From Mycobacterium tuberculosis H37Rv (lineage in GTDB: Bacteria; Actinomycetota; Actinomycetes; Mycobacteriales; Mycobacteriaceae), in assembly GCF_000195955.2 (NCBI RefSeq), contig NC_000962.3, forward strand, positions 3,030,001-3,062,000: a stretch of 32,000 nt of DNA, read 5' to 3'. Within the stretch, counting starts at the first letter, position 1. Each line of letters starts with the position of its first letter. The notes under the pieces are model-generated. The model made no database searches. It was not told the origin of the DNA and saw nothing but the letters and a program-made list of their open reading frames with translations. The position numbers were made by a program, and so were the translations under genes. This document shows, in pieces, positions 9,825 to 19,086 of the stretch.

Positions 9825-10769
9825 TCAGGTTACGTGCCGCCATAACCGCACGGCGTCGTCGACCAGTCGTGCGCGGTCCGGTGAGCTGGCCACACCGGCG
9901 TCGAGCCAGTGCACCCGGTGGTCTCGGCGAAACCAGGACCGCTGCCGTCGCACGTAGCGGCGGGTGCCCAGGTACGTCTGCTCCCGCGCGGCGCGCATCA
10001 TGTCAGCTCCAGCACCGGCGTCCAGAGCGGCTATTACCTGCGCGTAGCCCAGCGCGCGTGACGCGGTGACCCCCTCGCGCAGACCATTGCGGAGCAGAGT
10101 GCGTACCTCTTCAACCAGGCCCTGATCAAACATCAGGTCGGTGCGACGGGCCAACCGCTCGTCGAGAATCGTTGTCTGACAGTCCAACCCGACGATAACC
10201 GTGTCCCACCGCGGCGCACCGATGCGTGGCGCGGACGCGGCAAATGGCTGCCCGGTGAGTTCGACCACCTCGAGCGCCCGCACCGTGCGCCGGGCATCTG
10301 TGGGCAGGATTGCCGCGGCTGCAGCCGGGTCTCGGCGGGCTAACTCGGCGTGCAGCCGATCCACCCCGACCTCGGCCAGACGCCGCTCCCATCTCGCGCG
10401 TACTGAAGGATCGGTTGCGGGAAACGACCAGTCGTCGAGCAGGGATTGGACATACAGCATCGAGCCGCCCACCACGACCGGCACCGCTCCCCGGGCTGCG
10501 ATCGCCTCGATGTCCGCCGCGGCGGCCCGCTGGTAGCGCGCCACGGTCGCGGTTTCGGTGACATCCAGGACATCGAGTTGATGATGCGGGATGCCACGGC
10601 GCTCGCTGACGGGCAGCTTCGCCGTCCCGATGTCCATGCCGCGATACAGCTGCATCGCGTCGGCGTTCACGATCTCCACGCTCACCCTGGCGCCGAGCCG
10701 CGCGGCGACGTCGAGCGCCAACTGGGACTTGCCGGCGCCCGTCGGTCCGATAATCGCCAACGGTCTCAC
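9825..10769 (-). CDS. miaA: tRNA dimethylallyltransferase MiaA (314 aa)
   Basis: [75 protein letters not shown]. Confidence 0.97.
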
Positions 10770-11461
10770 GGCTGCCAGACACCGGCGAAATACCCCACGC
10801 CGTGTGGCGCTCCTCGGTAGAACTCCTTGGCCGATCGCGGTCCTGGCTCGGCCAGGCCGGCCAGCACCTGAAATGCCACCCGCCCAAGCACCTGTGCGGG
10901 CAGCCGGGTCAAGACGGCGAGGTCGCCGCTGGCCAACGCGTCGTCGAGAGCCCGCTGCATACCGGCGCCGTCGGGGTCATAGCCGCCGGGAGCGCGGGGC
11001 GTCAGGGTGTTCAGGCCGTCGGCGACGACTAGTACCCCGATCGGATCGGGCTCCCGGTCGATGTCGGCTCGCAGTTGCCTGCCACGTGCCACCGCGGCAT
11101 CGGAACCGTGGTCGCTGGCATAGACGTGGACCTGTGCCCTGGCCTCAGGCCGGGCCTGGCCCCGTACCCAGGCGGTAAGTAGCGCACACAGGGGTAATTC
11201 CACCGGAACGGCAACTCCGTCACCGTCCTGCGGCGCGAGCCCGACTCGCACGTCGGCGCCGAAGCCCGCAAAGGTGCCGACGTCGGTGGGGCGCACGACG
11301 TCGTCGGCGCGCCCGGTTCCGACAGCAATCCAGCTTTTCGGCAACAAGGAGGCCGCCGCGATCACCGCGGCCCCCAAATCGGCCAGCTCGGCAGCGGCGG
11401 CTCCGGCCAGTTCGGGAACCAACACCGGCGCGGACGGAACGATCCCGATGGCGCTCAACAC
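10766..11461 (-). CDS. Conserved actinobacterial protein, possibly class III extradiol dioxygenase-like fold (Rv2728c-like, 231 aa)
   Basis: ATGA-type 4-bp overlap with miaA; [18 protein letters not shown]...[21 protein letters not shown]. Fold assignment is tentative. Confidence 0.75.
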
Positions 11462-11569
11462 AACACAAAGCTAACGCCTTGGCGGGCGGATTCGGCCTCG
11501 TGGAGCAACGGCTGCAAAGAGACCGTGCTGAGAGGCCGACACTGTCCCGCGCTCATTGGCCAGAGACGG

Positions 11570-12475
11570 TCAACGAACCGCAAGCTGGCCCGCGGCCCCC
11601 AATTCGCCGGCGGAAACCGTCATCATCGCGACCTCGTCACGGGCCAAGGCTACGGTCGCGACAACCACCACCACTACCGCTGCCACCAGCGCGACCAGGG
11701 CCACCCGGCCGGTGTGCAGCACCTCATCGAGCACGGTGATCCCCAGCACCGAAGCGATCACCGGCCTCGCCACGGTGATCGTCGGCAACGAGGCGGTTAG
11801 CGCGCCCACCCGCAACGACGACTGCTGAAGCATCAGCCCGATCGGTAGAACCAGGATCCAGGCATACAACGCGGGGGTCCGGATCAGTGTCGCGAACCCC
11901 TCGCCGAGCTCCGTCACGACCCCTTTGGTCAGCACGGTGAATACCGCCAACGTTGCCGACGACGCCACCGCCAGCAGCACCGCGGACAGCGAACCCGAGG
12001 CAATCCGTGCACCAACCACACAAAGCACCACCGCCGGAACAACCACGACAGCAACCACCGCCCAGGTCGAGAAGGGGGCCCGAGTAGTGCCGGCCGCCGG
12101 GTTGCCCGACATGACGATGACGGCCACCGCGCCGGCCAGCAATACCGCCCACATCCACTCCCTGGGAGTACAGCGGTGATGAGTCAACCGAGCATCGATC
12201 AGCAGCGCGAACAACAGTGCGGTGGCCTGCAGCGACTGCACCAACACCACCGAACCCATCGTCAGCGCAATGGCCTGCAGGGTGAAACTGGCGACTGCGG
12301 CCAGGCTGCCCAGCCACCACAGAGCGTGACGCAAAGAGAGGTGGAACAACGTGAAATGGCCGACATATTCTTCAGCGGTGACCTGTCGCGCGGACCGCTG
12401 AAGTGTCACATACCCGATCCCGGCCAGCAACGCGGCGCCCAGCGCCAGAATGGTCGCGAATTCGACGCTGGCCAT
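11570..12475 (-). CDS. Multi-spanning integral membrane protein, DMT transporter-like (Rv2729c-like, 301 aa)
   Basis: About ten hydrophobic segments, two-fold repeat-like architecture; start MASVEFATILALGAALLAGIGYVTLQRSARQ. Confidence 0.8.
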   Translation of the reverse strand: MASVEFATILALGAALLAGIGYVTLQRSARQVTAEEYVGHFTLFHLSLRHALWWLGSLAAVASFTLQAIALTMGSVVLVQSLQATALLFALLIDARLTHHRCTPREWMWAVLLAGAVAVIVMSGNPAAGTTRAPFSTWAVVAVVVVPAVVLCVVGARIASGSLSAVLLAVASSATLAVFTVLTKGVVTELGEGFATLIRTPALYAWILVLPIGLMLQQSSLRVGALTASLPTITVARPVIASVLGITVLDEVLHTGRVALVALVAAVVVVVVATVALARDEVAMMTVSAGELGAAGQLAVR

Positions 12476-12547
12476 AGGTGACCTCCCACCGACATTCGGC
12501 CCGGAAGCTGACTGATACATCTCGATTTAAGCAGTTGTTCAATGATG

Positions 12548-13018
12548 ATGAACTGGCGCCAGACAAATATCACAACAAAACGTTGCGCGCAGACGCGTGC
12601 TTCGTCATCGGCTTCGGAATTCTGCGGCATATTCGCTGCGCCGGGATTGATGAGGAATTGCCATCATGGTGGCTCGGCCCCAAGTGCGGTCGGCGGGTCG
12701 GCCGTGCAATTGACCGTTGCTTACGGCCCTCAGCGCTTCCACGGGAGGTGCGCGAGTAACAGCTCGGTTCGGCCCCTTACTACCGGCGGCAGCTGGACCC
12801 CGACCTCGATCAGCTCTACGGATGGCGGAAAAGCACAGGGCCATGACACCCACGATCGGCAAATATCGCGACGAACAGTCTGTCAAGCGGCCTCAATACT
12901 TGCTTCAATACTGTTGGAAACGGTGGCAGGACCGGGTGAGGGCATCGGGCCGACCACATCGGTGCCGCTTCGCGCGGCAGATGCGCGGCATACGCGCGAA
13001 GGGTTGCAAGGTAGGTGA
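12548..13018 (+). CDS. Hypothetical ORF (Rv2730-like, 156 aa); coding status doubtful
   Basis: Open frame immediately upstream of the DUF349 gene; Ser/Thr/Arg-rich low-information sequence with no domain. Confidence 0.25.
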
Positions 13019-13025
13019 CAAGCGC

Positions 13026-14378
13026 ATGACGGCCGACGAGCCCCGCAGCGACGATTCGTCCGGGTCGGCCCCCCAACCGGCTGCCACGCCGGTGCCCCGC
13101 CCGGGACCGCGTCCCGGCCCCCGGCCGGTGCCGCGACCCACCTCCTACCCGGTGGGTGCGCACCCTCCCAGCGACCCGCACCGTTTCGGCCGTATCGACG
13201 ACGACGGCACGGTGTGGCTGGTCAGTGCGAGCGGCGAGCGTATCGTCGGCTCCTGGCAGGCCGGCGATCCCGAAGCCGCGTTTGCCCATTTCGGCAGGCG
13301 ATTCGATGACCTGAGCACCGAAATCATGCTGATGGACGAGCGGTTGGCGTCCGGCACCGGCGACGCACGCAAGATCAAAGCCCATGCGATCGCGCTGGCC
13401 GAAACGTTGCCGACGGCATGCGTGCTGGGCGATGTCGACGCGCTGGCAGACCGGTTGACAAGCATTCGTGATCGCGCGGAGGTCATCGCTGCCGCCGACC
13501 GCTCCAGACGCGAGGAACATCGAGCCGCCCAGACCGCCCGTAAAGAGGCGCTGGCCGCCGAAGCCGAGGAGCTGGCCGCCAACGCGACACAATGGAAGGT
13601 CGCCGGTGACCGGCTGCGGGCAATCCTCGATGAATGGAAGACGATTAGCGGTGTGGACCGCAAGGTCGATGACGCGCTGTGGAAGCGCTACTCGACGGCC
13701 CGCGATACGTTCAACCGGCGGCGAGGGTCCCACTTCGCCGAATTGGACCGTGAGCGATCCGGCGTCCGGCAAAGCAAGGAACGGCTTTGTGAACGGGCCG
13801 AGGAGTTGTCCGAGTCGACGGACTGGACCGCCACCAGCGCGGAGTTCCGCAAGCTGCTCGCCGACTGGAAAGCGGCGGGACGCGCGAGCAAGGATGTGGA
13901 CGACGCCCTGTGGCGTCGCTTCAAGGCCGCGCAGGACTCCTTCTTCACGGCTCGCAATGCCGCCACCGCCGAGAAGGAGGCCGAGTTGCGAGCCAATGCC
14001 GACGCCAAGGAGGCGCTGCTGGCCGAAGCGGAGCGGCTCGACACGACAAACCACGAGGCCGCTCGAGCAGCGCTGCGGTCGATCGCCGAGAAGTGGGACG
14101 CGATCGGCAAGGTGTCGCGGGAGCGGGCCGCGGAGCTGGAGCGGCGACTACGCGCGGTCGAGAAAAAGGTGCGAGAAGCCGGCGAAGCGGATTGGTCCGA
14201 CCCGCAGGCGCGGGCCCGCGCCGAGCAGTTCCGCGCCCGGGCCGAGCAGTTTGAACACCAGGCCGAGAAGGCAGCAGCGGCCGGTCGCACCAAGGAAGCC
14301 GACGAGGCGAAGGCGAACGCCGAACAATGGCGGCAGTGGGCCGAGGCAGCCGCCGACGCGTTGACCCGACGCCCCTAA
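13026..14378 (+). CDS. DUF349 domain coiled-coil protein (Rv2731-like, 450 aa)
   Basis: Repeated W-K/R-x-AGR/W-rich modules ([40 protein letters not shown]; [41 protein letters not shown]); proline/arginine-rich N terminus. Confidence 0.88.
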
Positions 14379-14989
14379 CGGTCGGTGCCGCGGTCGGGCG
14401 TTGTCCCGGCCTCGGAGTCCGTTTGCACGTGGTCCAGCAGCGTCTTGCACTGTTGTTGCGCGACGACGCGGCGACGCCGCTCCTCGGCTGCGAGCTGCAC
14501 GATGGTGCGCGACCACACCACCTGGGCCCAGTGGAATGTCAACACGATCGCGGTGATCCAGGCGACGATGAGCCCGATACCGGGGCCGGGATGACCGGCG
14601 GCGACCGTCTGACGCGACCATACGGCCAGCAGCCCGGTACCGCTGGCCATCGCCGAACCCGCCAGCGCCACCCAAGCCAGCGCCCACCGCCGGGTGAGCA
14701 ACGCCAGCATCGAGAAGCCAACGCCGAACACCAGCGCCAACCAGGCGAATACCCGCGAGGGCAGCGCGACGGCGGCCCTGCCGGCGCCGTGGCTGCTGAA
14801 CAACACATCCCAGCCGCGCACGCTTCCGGTATGCGGCAGGATAAACGACCCCAACAGCACGAACACCAGGATTGCGACAACCAAAGCCCTCGCGCCTGGC
14901 TCGATTTCGCGCGCAACGCGGCGTTCTGCCGCCTCGATCTCAGCGCGGAGGGCGTCGAGATCCCCGGCGTCGTGTTCGTGGCTCATCAT
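14375..14989 (-). CDS. Conserved membrane protein (Rv2732c-like, 204 aa)
   Basis: Four predicted TM segments after a charged N-terminal region; stop overlaps the DUF349 gene stop by 4 bp. Confidence 0.82.
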
Positions 14990-16524
14990 CTGCATCCTCC
15001 GGGCTTGGCCGCGCTGACCGGCAGCCCGACCCCAGGCATGCCCAGGCCGACGGCGCGCCCCGGCTGCCCGGCGGTGTGCGCGTCGCCGGCGCGGGTGCGG
15101 CGGTGGGTCAGGACGCCGGCGTCGGCGATGAGGTGGTGCGGCGCCGCTTCGGTGACCTTCGTGGTGATGACGTCGCCGGGACGCACGCGCGGCTGGCCGG
15201 CGGTGAAGTGCACCAGGCGCCCGTCGCGCGCCCGCCCGCTCATGCGCGCCGTGACGGTGTCCTTGCGCCCTTCCCCGGTGGCCACCAGCACCTCGACGGC
15301 CTGCCCGACCAGGGCGCGGTTGGCTTCCAGCGAGATTTGCTCCTGCAGCGCGATCAGGCGTTCATAGCGTTCCTGCACAACGGCTTTCGGCAGCTGTCCG
15401 TCGAGTTGCGCGGCCGGTGTCCCGGGCCGCTTGGAGTATTGGAAGGTAAATGCGGCCGCGAAGCGGGCCCGGCGCACCACGTCGAGCGTGGCCGCGAAGT
15501 CCTCTTCGGTCTCCCCGGGGAAACCGACGATCAGATCGGTGGTAATCGCGGCATGCGGGATGGCCGCCCGCACGCGCTCGATGATGCCGAGGTAGCGCTC
15601 GGCACGATAGGACCGCCGCATCGCGCGCAGGATCCGGTCGGATCCGGACTGTAGCGGCATGTGCAGCGCGGGGCAGACGTTGCGCGTCTGCGCCATCGCC
15701 TCGATGACGTCGTCGGTGAATTCGGCCGGGTGTGGGGAGGTGAACCGGACCCGCTCCAGCCCGTCGATGTCTCCGCAGGCCCGCAGCAACTCGGCGAAAG
15801 CTCCCCGATTACGGGGCAATGCGGGGTCGGCGAACGAGACGCCGTAGGCGTTGACGTTTTGGCCGAGCAGGGTGACTTCGAGCACACCGTCGTTCACCAA
15901 GGACCGCACCTCGGCCAGGATGTCTGCCGGGCTGCGGTCGACCTCCCTACCCCGCAGCGACGGGACGATGCAGAACGTGCAGCTGTTGTTGCAGCCCACC
16001 GAGATGGAAACCCACGCGGCATAGGCAGATTCGCGGGAGCTGGGCAGCGACGACGGGAACTGTTGCAGCGCCTCGGCGATTTCGACCTGGGCGACCTTGT
16101 TGTGCCGGGCGCGCTCCAGCAGCGTGGGCAAAGACCCGATGTTGTGGGTGCCGAAGACAACGTCTACCCACGGCGCCCTGCGCAGCACGGCGTCGCGGTC
16201 TTTTTGCGCCAGGCAGCCACCGACCGCGATTTGCATGTCGGGATTGGCGCGCTTGCGCGGGGCCAGATGGCTGAGGTTGCCGTACAGCCTGTTGTCGGCG
16301 TTCTCGCGGACGGCGCAGGTGTTGAACACCACGACGTCGGCCTCGGAACCGTCGGTCGCCCTCCGGTAGCCGGCCGCTTCCAGCAGACCCGCCAGCCGCT
16401 CGGAGTCGTGGACGTTCATCTGACAGCCGTAGGTGCGGACCTGATAGGTGCGCGCTGGCGCTCGCCGCACGGGCGGCCCGGCGCCCTCGCCGGTCACCCC
16501 CGCGGCGGCATCGTGCGCCACCAT
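14986..16524 (-). CDS. miaB: tRNA-2-methylthio-N6-dimethylallyladenosine synthase (512 aa)
   Basis: N-terminal cysteines [23 protein letters not shown]; radical [19 protein letters not shown] (CX3CX2C); C-terminal TRAM region. Confidence 0.96.
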
Positions 16525-16820
16525 CGAAGTCACGGGGCCATGGTACGGCGGCTGGGCGGCTCGCGGCCCAGCGGATGGTGTCGCCTCGTCGCAGCATCGG
16601 GCTAGCGGGGACGCGCTCGACACGGTGGCCGATCACGGCTTCGCTGCACACCGGCTCGAAGAAGTCGGCCACGCGCATGAGGTAGTCGCGTCGTCACCGA
16701 CACTATGGCTCGCTTGCCTCTAAAGCATCGCTTATGCCACAGACCAGACTTGTCGGAGCCGCTGTCTAGCATCGGGGACCGGGTGCTCGGCGCGGACAAA
16801 CGTCATGAAGGGAATCGATA

Positions 16821-17675
16821 ATGTCGGATCGCTCAGCGATCGAATGGACGGGGGCAACCTGGAACCCGGTCACCGGATGCGACCGTGTATCGCCGGGATG
16901 TGACCACTGCTACGCAATGACGTTAGCGAAGCGGCTAAAGGCGATGGGCTCCGACAAGTATCAAACCGATGGTGACCCCAGAACCTCCGGTCCGGGATTT
17001 GGCGTCACCATCCATCCCCGCAGTCTTGACGAGCCGTTCCGGTGGCGAAGCCCCCGCACAGTGTTCGTGAACTCGATGGCGGACCTATTTCACGCCAGGG
17101 TGGCGCTCTGGTTCATTAGGGAAGTGTTCGAGGTGATGCGAGCCACACCACAGCACACTTACCAGATCTTGACCAAGCGCAGCCTGCGACTGCGTCGCCT
17201 CGCTCACAAGCTGGAGTGGCCCTCGAACGTTTGGATGGGGGTGTCGGTGGAAAATGTCGACGCCTTCCGCCGTATCGAGGACCTACGACAGGTGCCCGCA
17301 GCAGTAAGGTTCCTCTCCTGCGAGCCATTACTCGGGCCCCTGGACGGAATAAATCTAGGTTCGATTGATTGGGTTATCGCCGGAGGCGAATCTGGTCCAA
17401 ATTTCCGCCCGATCGATCCACAATGGGTTCGCCATATTCGCGATACCTGTACTGCCGCTGATGTCCCATTCTTCTTCAAGCAATGGGGCGGTAGAACACC
17501 AAAGGCATTTGGACGTGAACTCGACGGACGTTGTTGGGATGAAATGCCGCTTATTGAGATTAGAAACCCGGATCCTCGGACCACCAGCCGCGTGCACGCG
17601 GATCCCATGTTGGCGACGGCGCCCACAGAATCTGCCCAGCGTTCGAATCCTGGACAGCTAGTTCGCCAACGCTGA
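16821..17675 (+). CDS. Phage Gp37/Gp68-like (DUF5131) three-cysteine protein (Rv2734-like, 284 aa from this start)
   Basis: EWTGATWNPVTGCDRVSPGCDHCYAMTLAKRLKAMG, NSMADLFHARV, LTKRSLRLRRLAHKLEWPSNVWMGVSVENVDAF, FLSCEPLLGPLDGINLGSIDWVIAGGESGPNFRPIDPQWVRHIRDTC, PFFFKQWGG: hallmark motifs of the DUF5131 family. Confidence 0.92.
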   Translation: MSDRSAIEWTGATWNPVTGCDRVSPGCDHCYAMTLAKRLKAMGSDKYQTDGDPRTSGPGFGVTIHPRSLDEPFRWRSPRTVFVNSMADLFHARVALWFIREVFEVMRATPQHTYQILTKRSLRLRRLAHKLEWPSNVWMGVSVENVDAFRRIEDLRQVPAAVRFLSCEPLLGPLDGINLGSIDWVIAGGESGPNFRPIDPQWVRHIRDTCTAADVPFFFKQWGGRTPKAFGRELDGRCWDEMPLIEIRNPDPRTTSRVHADPMLATAPTESAQRSNPGQLVRQR

Positions 17676-18552
17676 ATAATCCCATCTCGCCACGGTCCTC
17701 GGACTCCTTCTGCTGTTTCGCGCTCTTGGCTTGCCGCATCATCTCTGGCTCCTTTTGAGCCGCCCGGTTGTACAGGTGGCACATGATCGCATCTCCGGCC
17801 CAGTGATCGGTCGCGAACACCATGTCAAAGATTGTGACCTTATTGTGCATCTGCATGGGAATACGATGCGAATACTTGTATCCCAGCTCATACTCCAGCT
17901 TGACGCGCATGAGATTAACCATCTCGGCACGGTAGGCAGGCGCAGTTAGATGGTGGCGCCATCGCGCTGCCTGTATCCGCTTCCAATCCGCGTCTCCGTA
18001 CATGCGGGTGACCTGCTCGATAAACAGTTCCGCGTTCGTGCCCTTCACGCCCCGCGCGATCATGGTGGGTGACATCAACATCCATAGTTCGGTCTTGAGG
18101 TTACGAGGGTTCTGGCGAAAGGCGGCGACCTTATTGATCGTTTCCCAATGGACTTCAGCGGCCTGTTGGTCGATGAAAGCGAAGGTGGGCGCCCACCGCC
18201 AAGGGCCTAGTTCGGCAAGTGTTTCATCGATTGTTACGTTGGAATCGCCGGCCACAACGCGGTACCTACCGTCACCGGGAAAGCGGGTCCGAAGGGCGAC
18301 GTCCAATTCAGAGGCAAGCGGGTTAAGCTCGCAAAACCGGAGCCGCGTGAAAGGTGGATCGGCTTTCATAGCGATAAGAGAAGAGCCATCAAATTTCTCT
18401 CCCATGTCGCGGTCTATGTTCTCGGGCTGGCCCGCCATCAAGTCGAGGTAAATTCGTTCACGAGAAGTCTGACTAGCCCTGTTGAAGGCCGGGAGGTACC
18501 CGGCAAGTATCTCCAGTTTGTTTCGCGTCCAATATGACCATTCTCTAGCCAT
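17560..18552 (-). CDS. Three-Cys-motif partner protein TcmP (Rv2735c-like, 330 aa)
   Basis: WSYWTRNKLEILAGYLPAFNRA, methyltransferase-like YLDLMAGQPEN...GSSLIA, FCELNP, VVAGDSN; neighbour of a DUF5131 gene, the defining context of TcmP proteins. Confidence 0.85.
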   Translation of the reverse strand: MAREWSYWTRNKLEILAGYLPAFNRASQTSRERIYLDLMAGQPENIDRDMGEKFDGSSLIAMKADPPFTRLRFCELNPLASELDVALRTRFPGDGRYRVVAGDSNVTIDETLAELGPWRWAPTFAFIDQQAAEVHWETINKVAAFRQNPRNLKTELWMLMSPTMIARGVKGTNAELFIEQVTRMYGDADWKRIQAARWRHHLTAPAYRAEMVNLMRVKLEYELGYKYSHRIPMQMHNKVTIFDMVFATDHWAGDAIMCHLYNRAAQKEPEMMRQAKSAKQQKESEDRGEMGLFSVGELAVQDSNAGQILWAPSPTWDPRARGWWSEDPGF

Positions 18553-18561
18553 CGAATCCCT

Positions 18562-19086
18562 TTAGACGCGTCGGCGCTCCCGCTCGGCGGCCAGCTCGGC
18601 GATAACCACCTCGCACGCCAAGGTCTGGCCGTACCCACGGCGCGCCAACATCGCCACCAGCCTGCGGCTCACCCGCGCTTCGTCGGTGCCGTCGTCGATC
18701 AGCACCTCCCGCCGCAGCCTGGCCCGTACCAGCTTTTCCGCCCGCCCCCGTTCGGCACCGGCGTCGATGCCCCCGAGCACCGTGGTGATCACGTCGTCGT
18801 CGACGCCCTTGGCGTGCAGCTCGGCAGCCAACGCGCGCTTGCTCTTTGCTGCGTTCGCCCGCCTGGACTGAACCCATTGTTCGGCGAAGTCGGTGTCATC
18901 CACCAGGCCAACGGCGGCCAGCCGATCCAATACCCGGTTGCCGATGTCTTCGGGGTAGCCGCGCTTGGCCAGCTGGCCGGCTAACTCGGCGCGGGTGCGG
19001 GATCGCGCGGTGAGCAGGCGCAGGCACAGTGCCCGCGCCTGCTCTTCGCGCTCAGAAGTCGACGGGGGCGGGCAGGACACCGTCAT
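18562..19086 (-). CDS. recX: Regulatory protein RecX (174 aa)
   Basis: [62 protein letters not shown]; 35-bp overlap with the recA 3' end. Confidence 0.96.
   Translation of the reverse strand: MTVSCPPPSTSEREEQARALCLRLLTARSRTRAELAGQLAKRGYPEDIGNRVLDRLAAVGLVDDTDFAEQWVQSRRANAAKSKRALAAELHAKGVDDDVITTVLGGIDAGAERGRAEKLVRARLRREVLIDDGTDEARVSRRLVAMLARRGYGQTLACEVVIAELAAERERRRV

Noticed and set aside
12816-14054. 412-aa - strand ORF opposite the DUF349 gene
   Set aside because: Antisense shadow ORF; + strand frame carries the conserved DUF349 repeats.
15661-16605. 314-aa + strand ORF antisense to miaB
   Set aside because: Shadow ORF of a high-GC gene; composition is repetitive Arg/Gly/Val-type and the - strand is unambiguously MiaB.
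16525-16820. Possible tRNA or attachment site at the left edge of the DUF5131-TcmP cassette
   Set aside because: No tRNA-like fold, integrase gene or flanking direct repeat was recognisable by eye.
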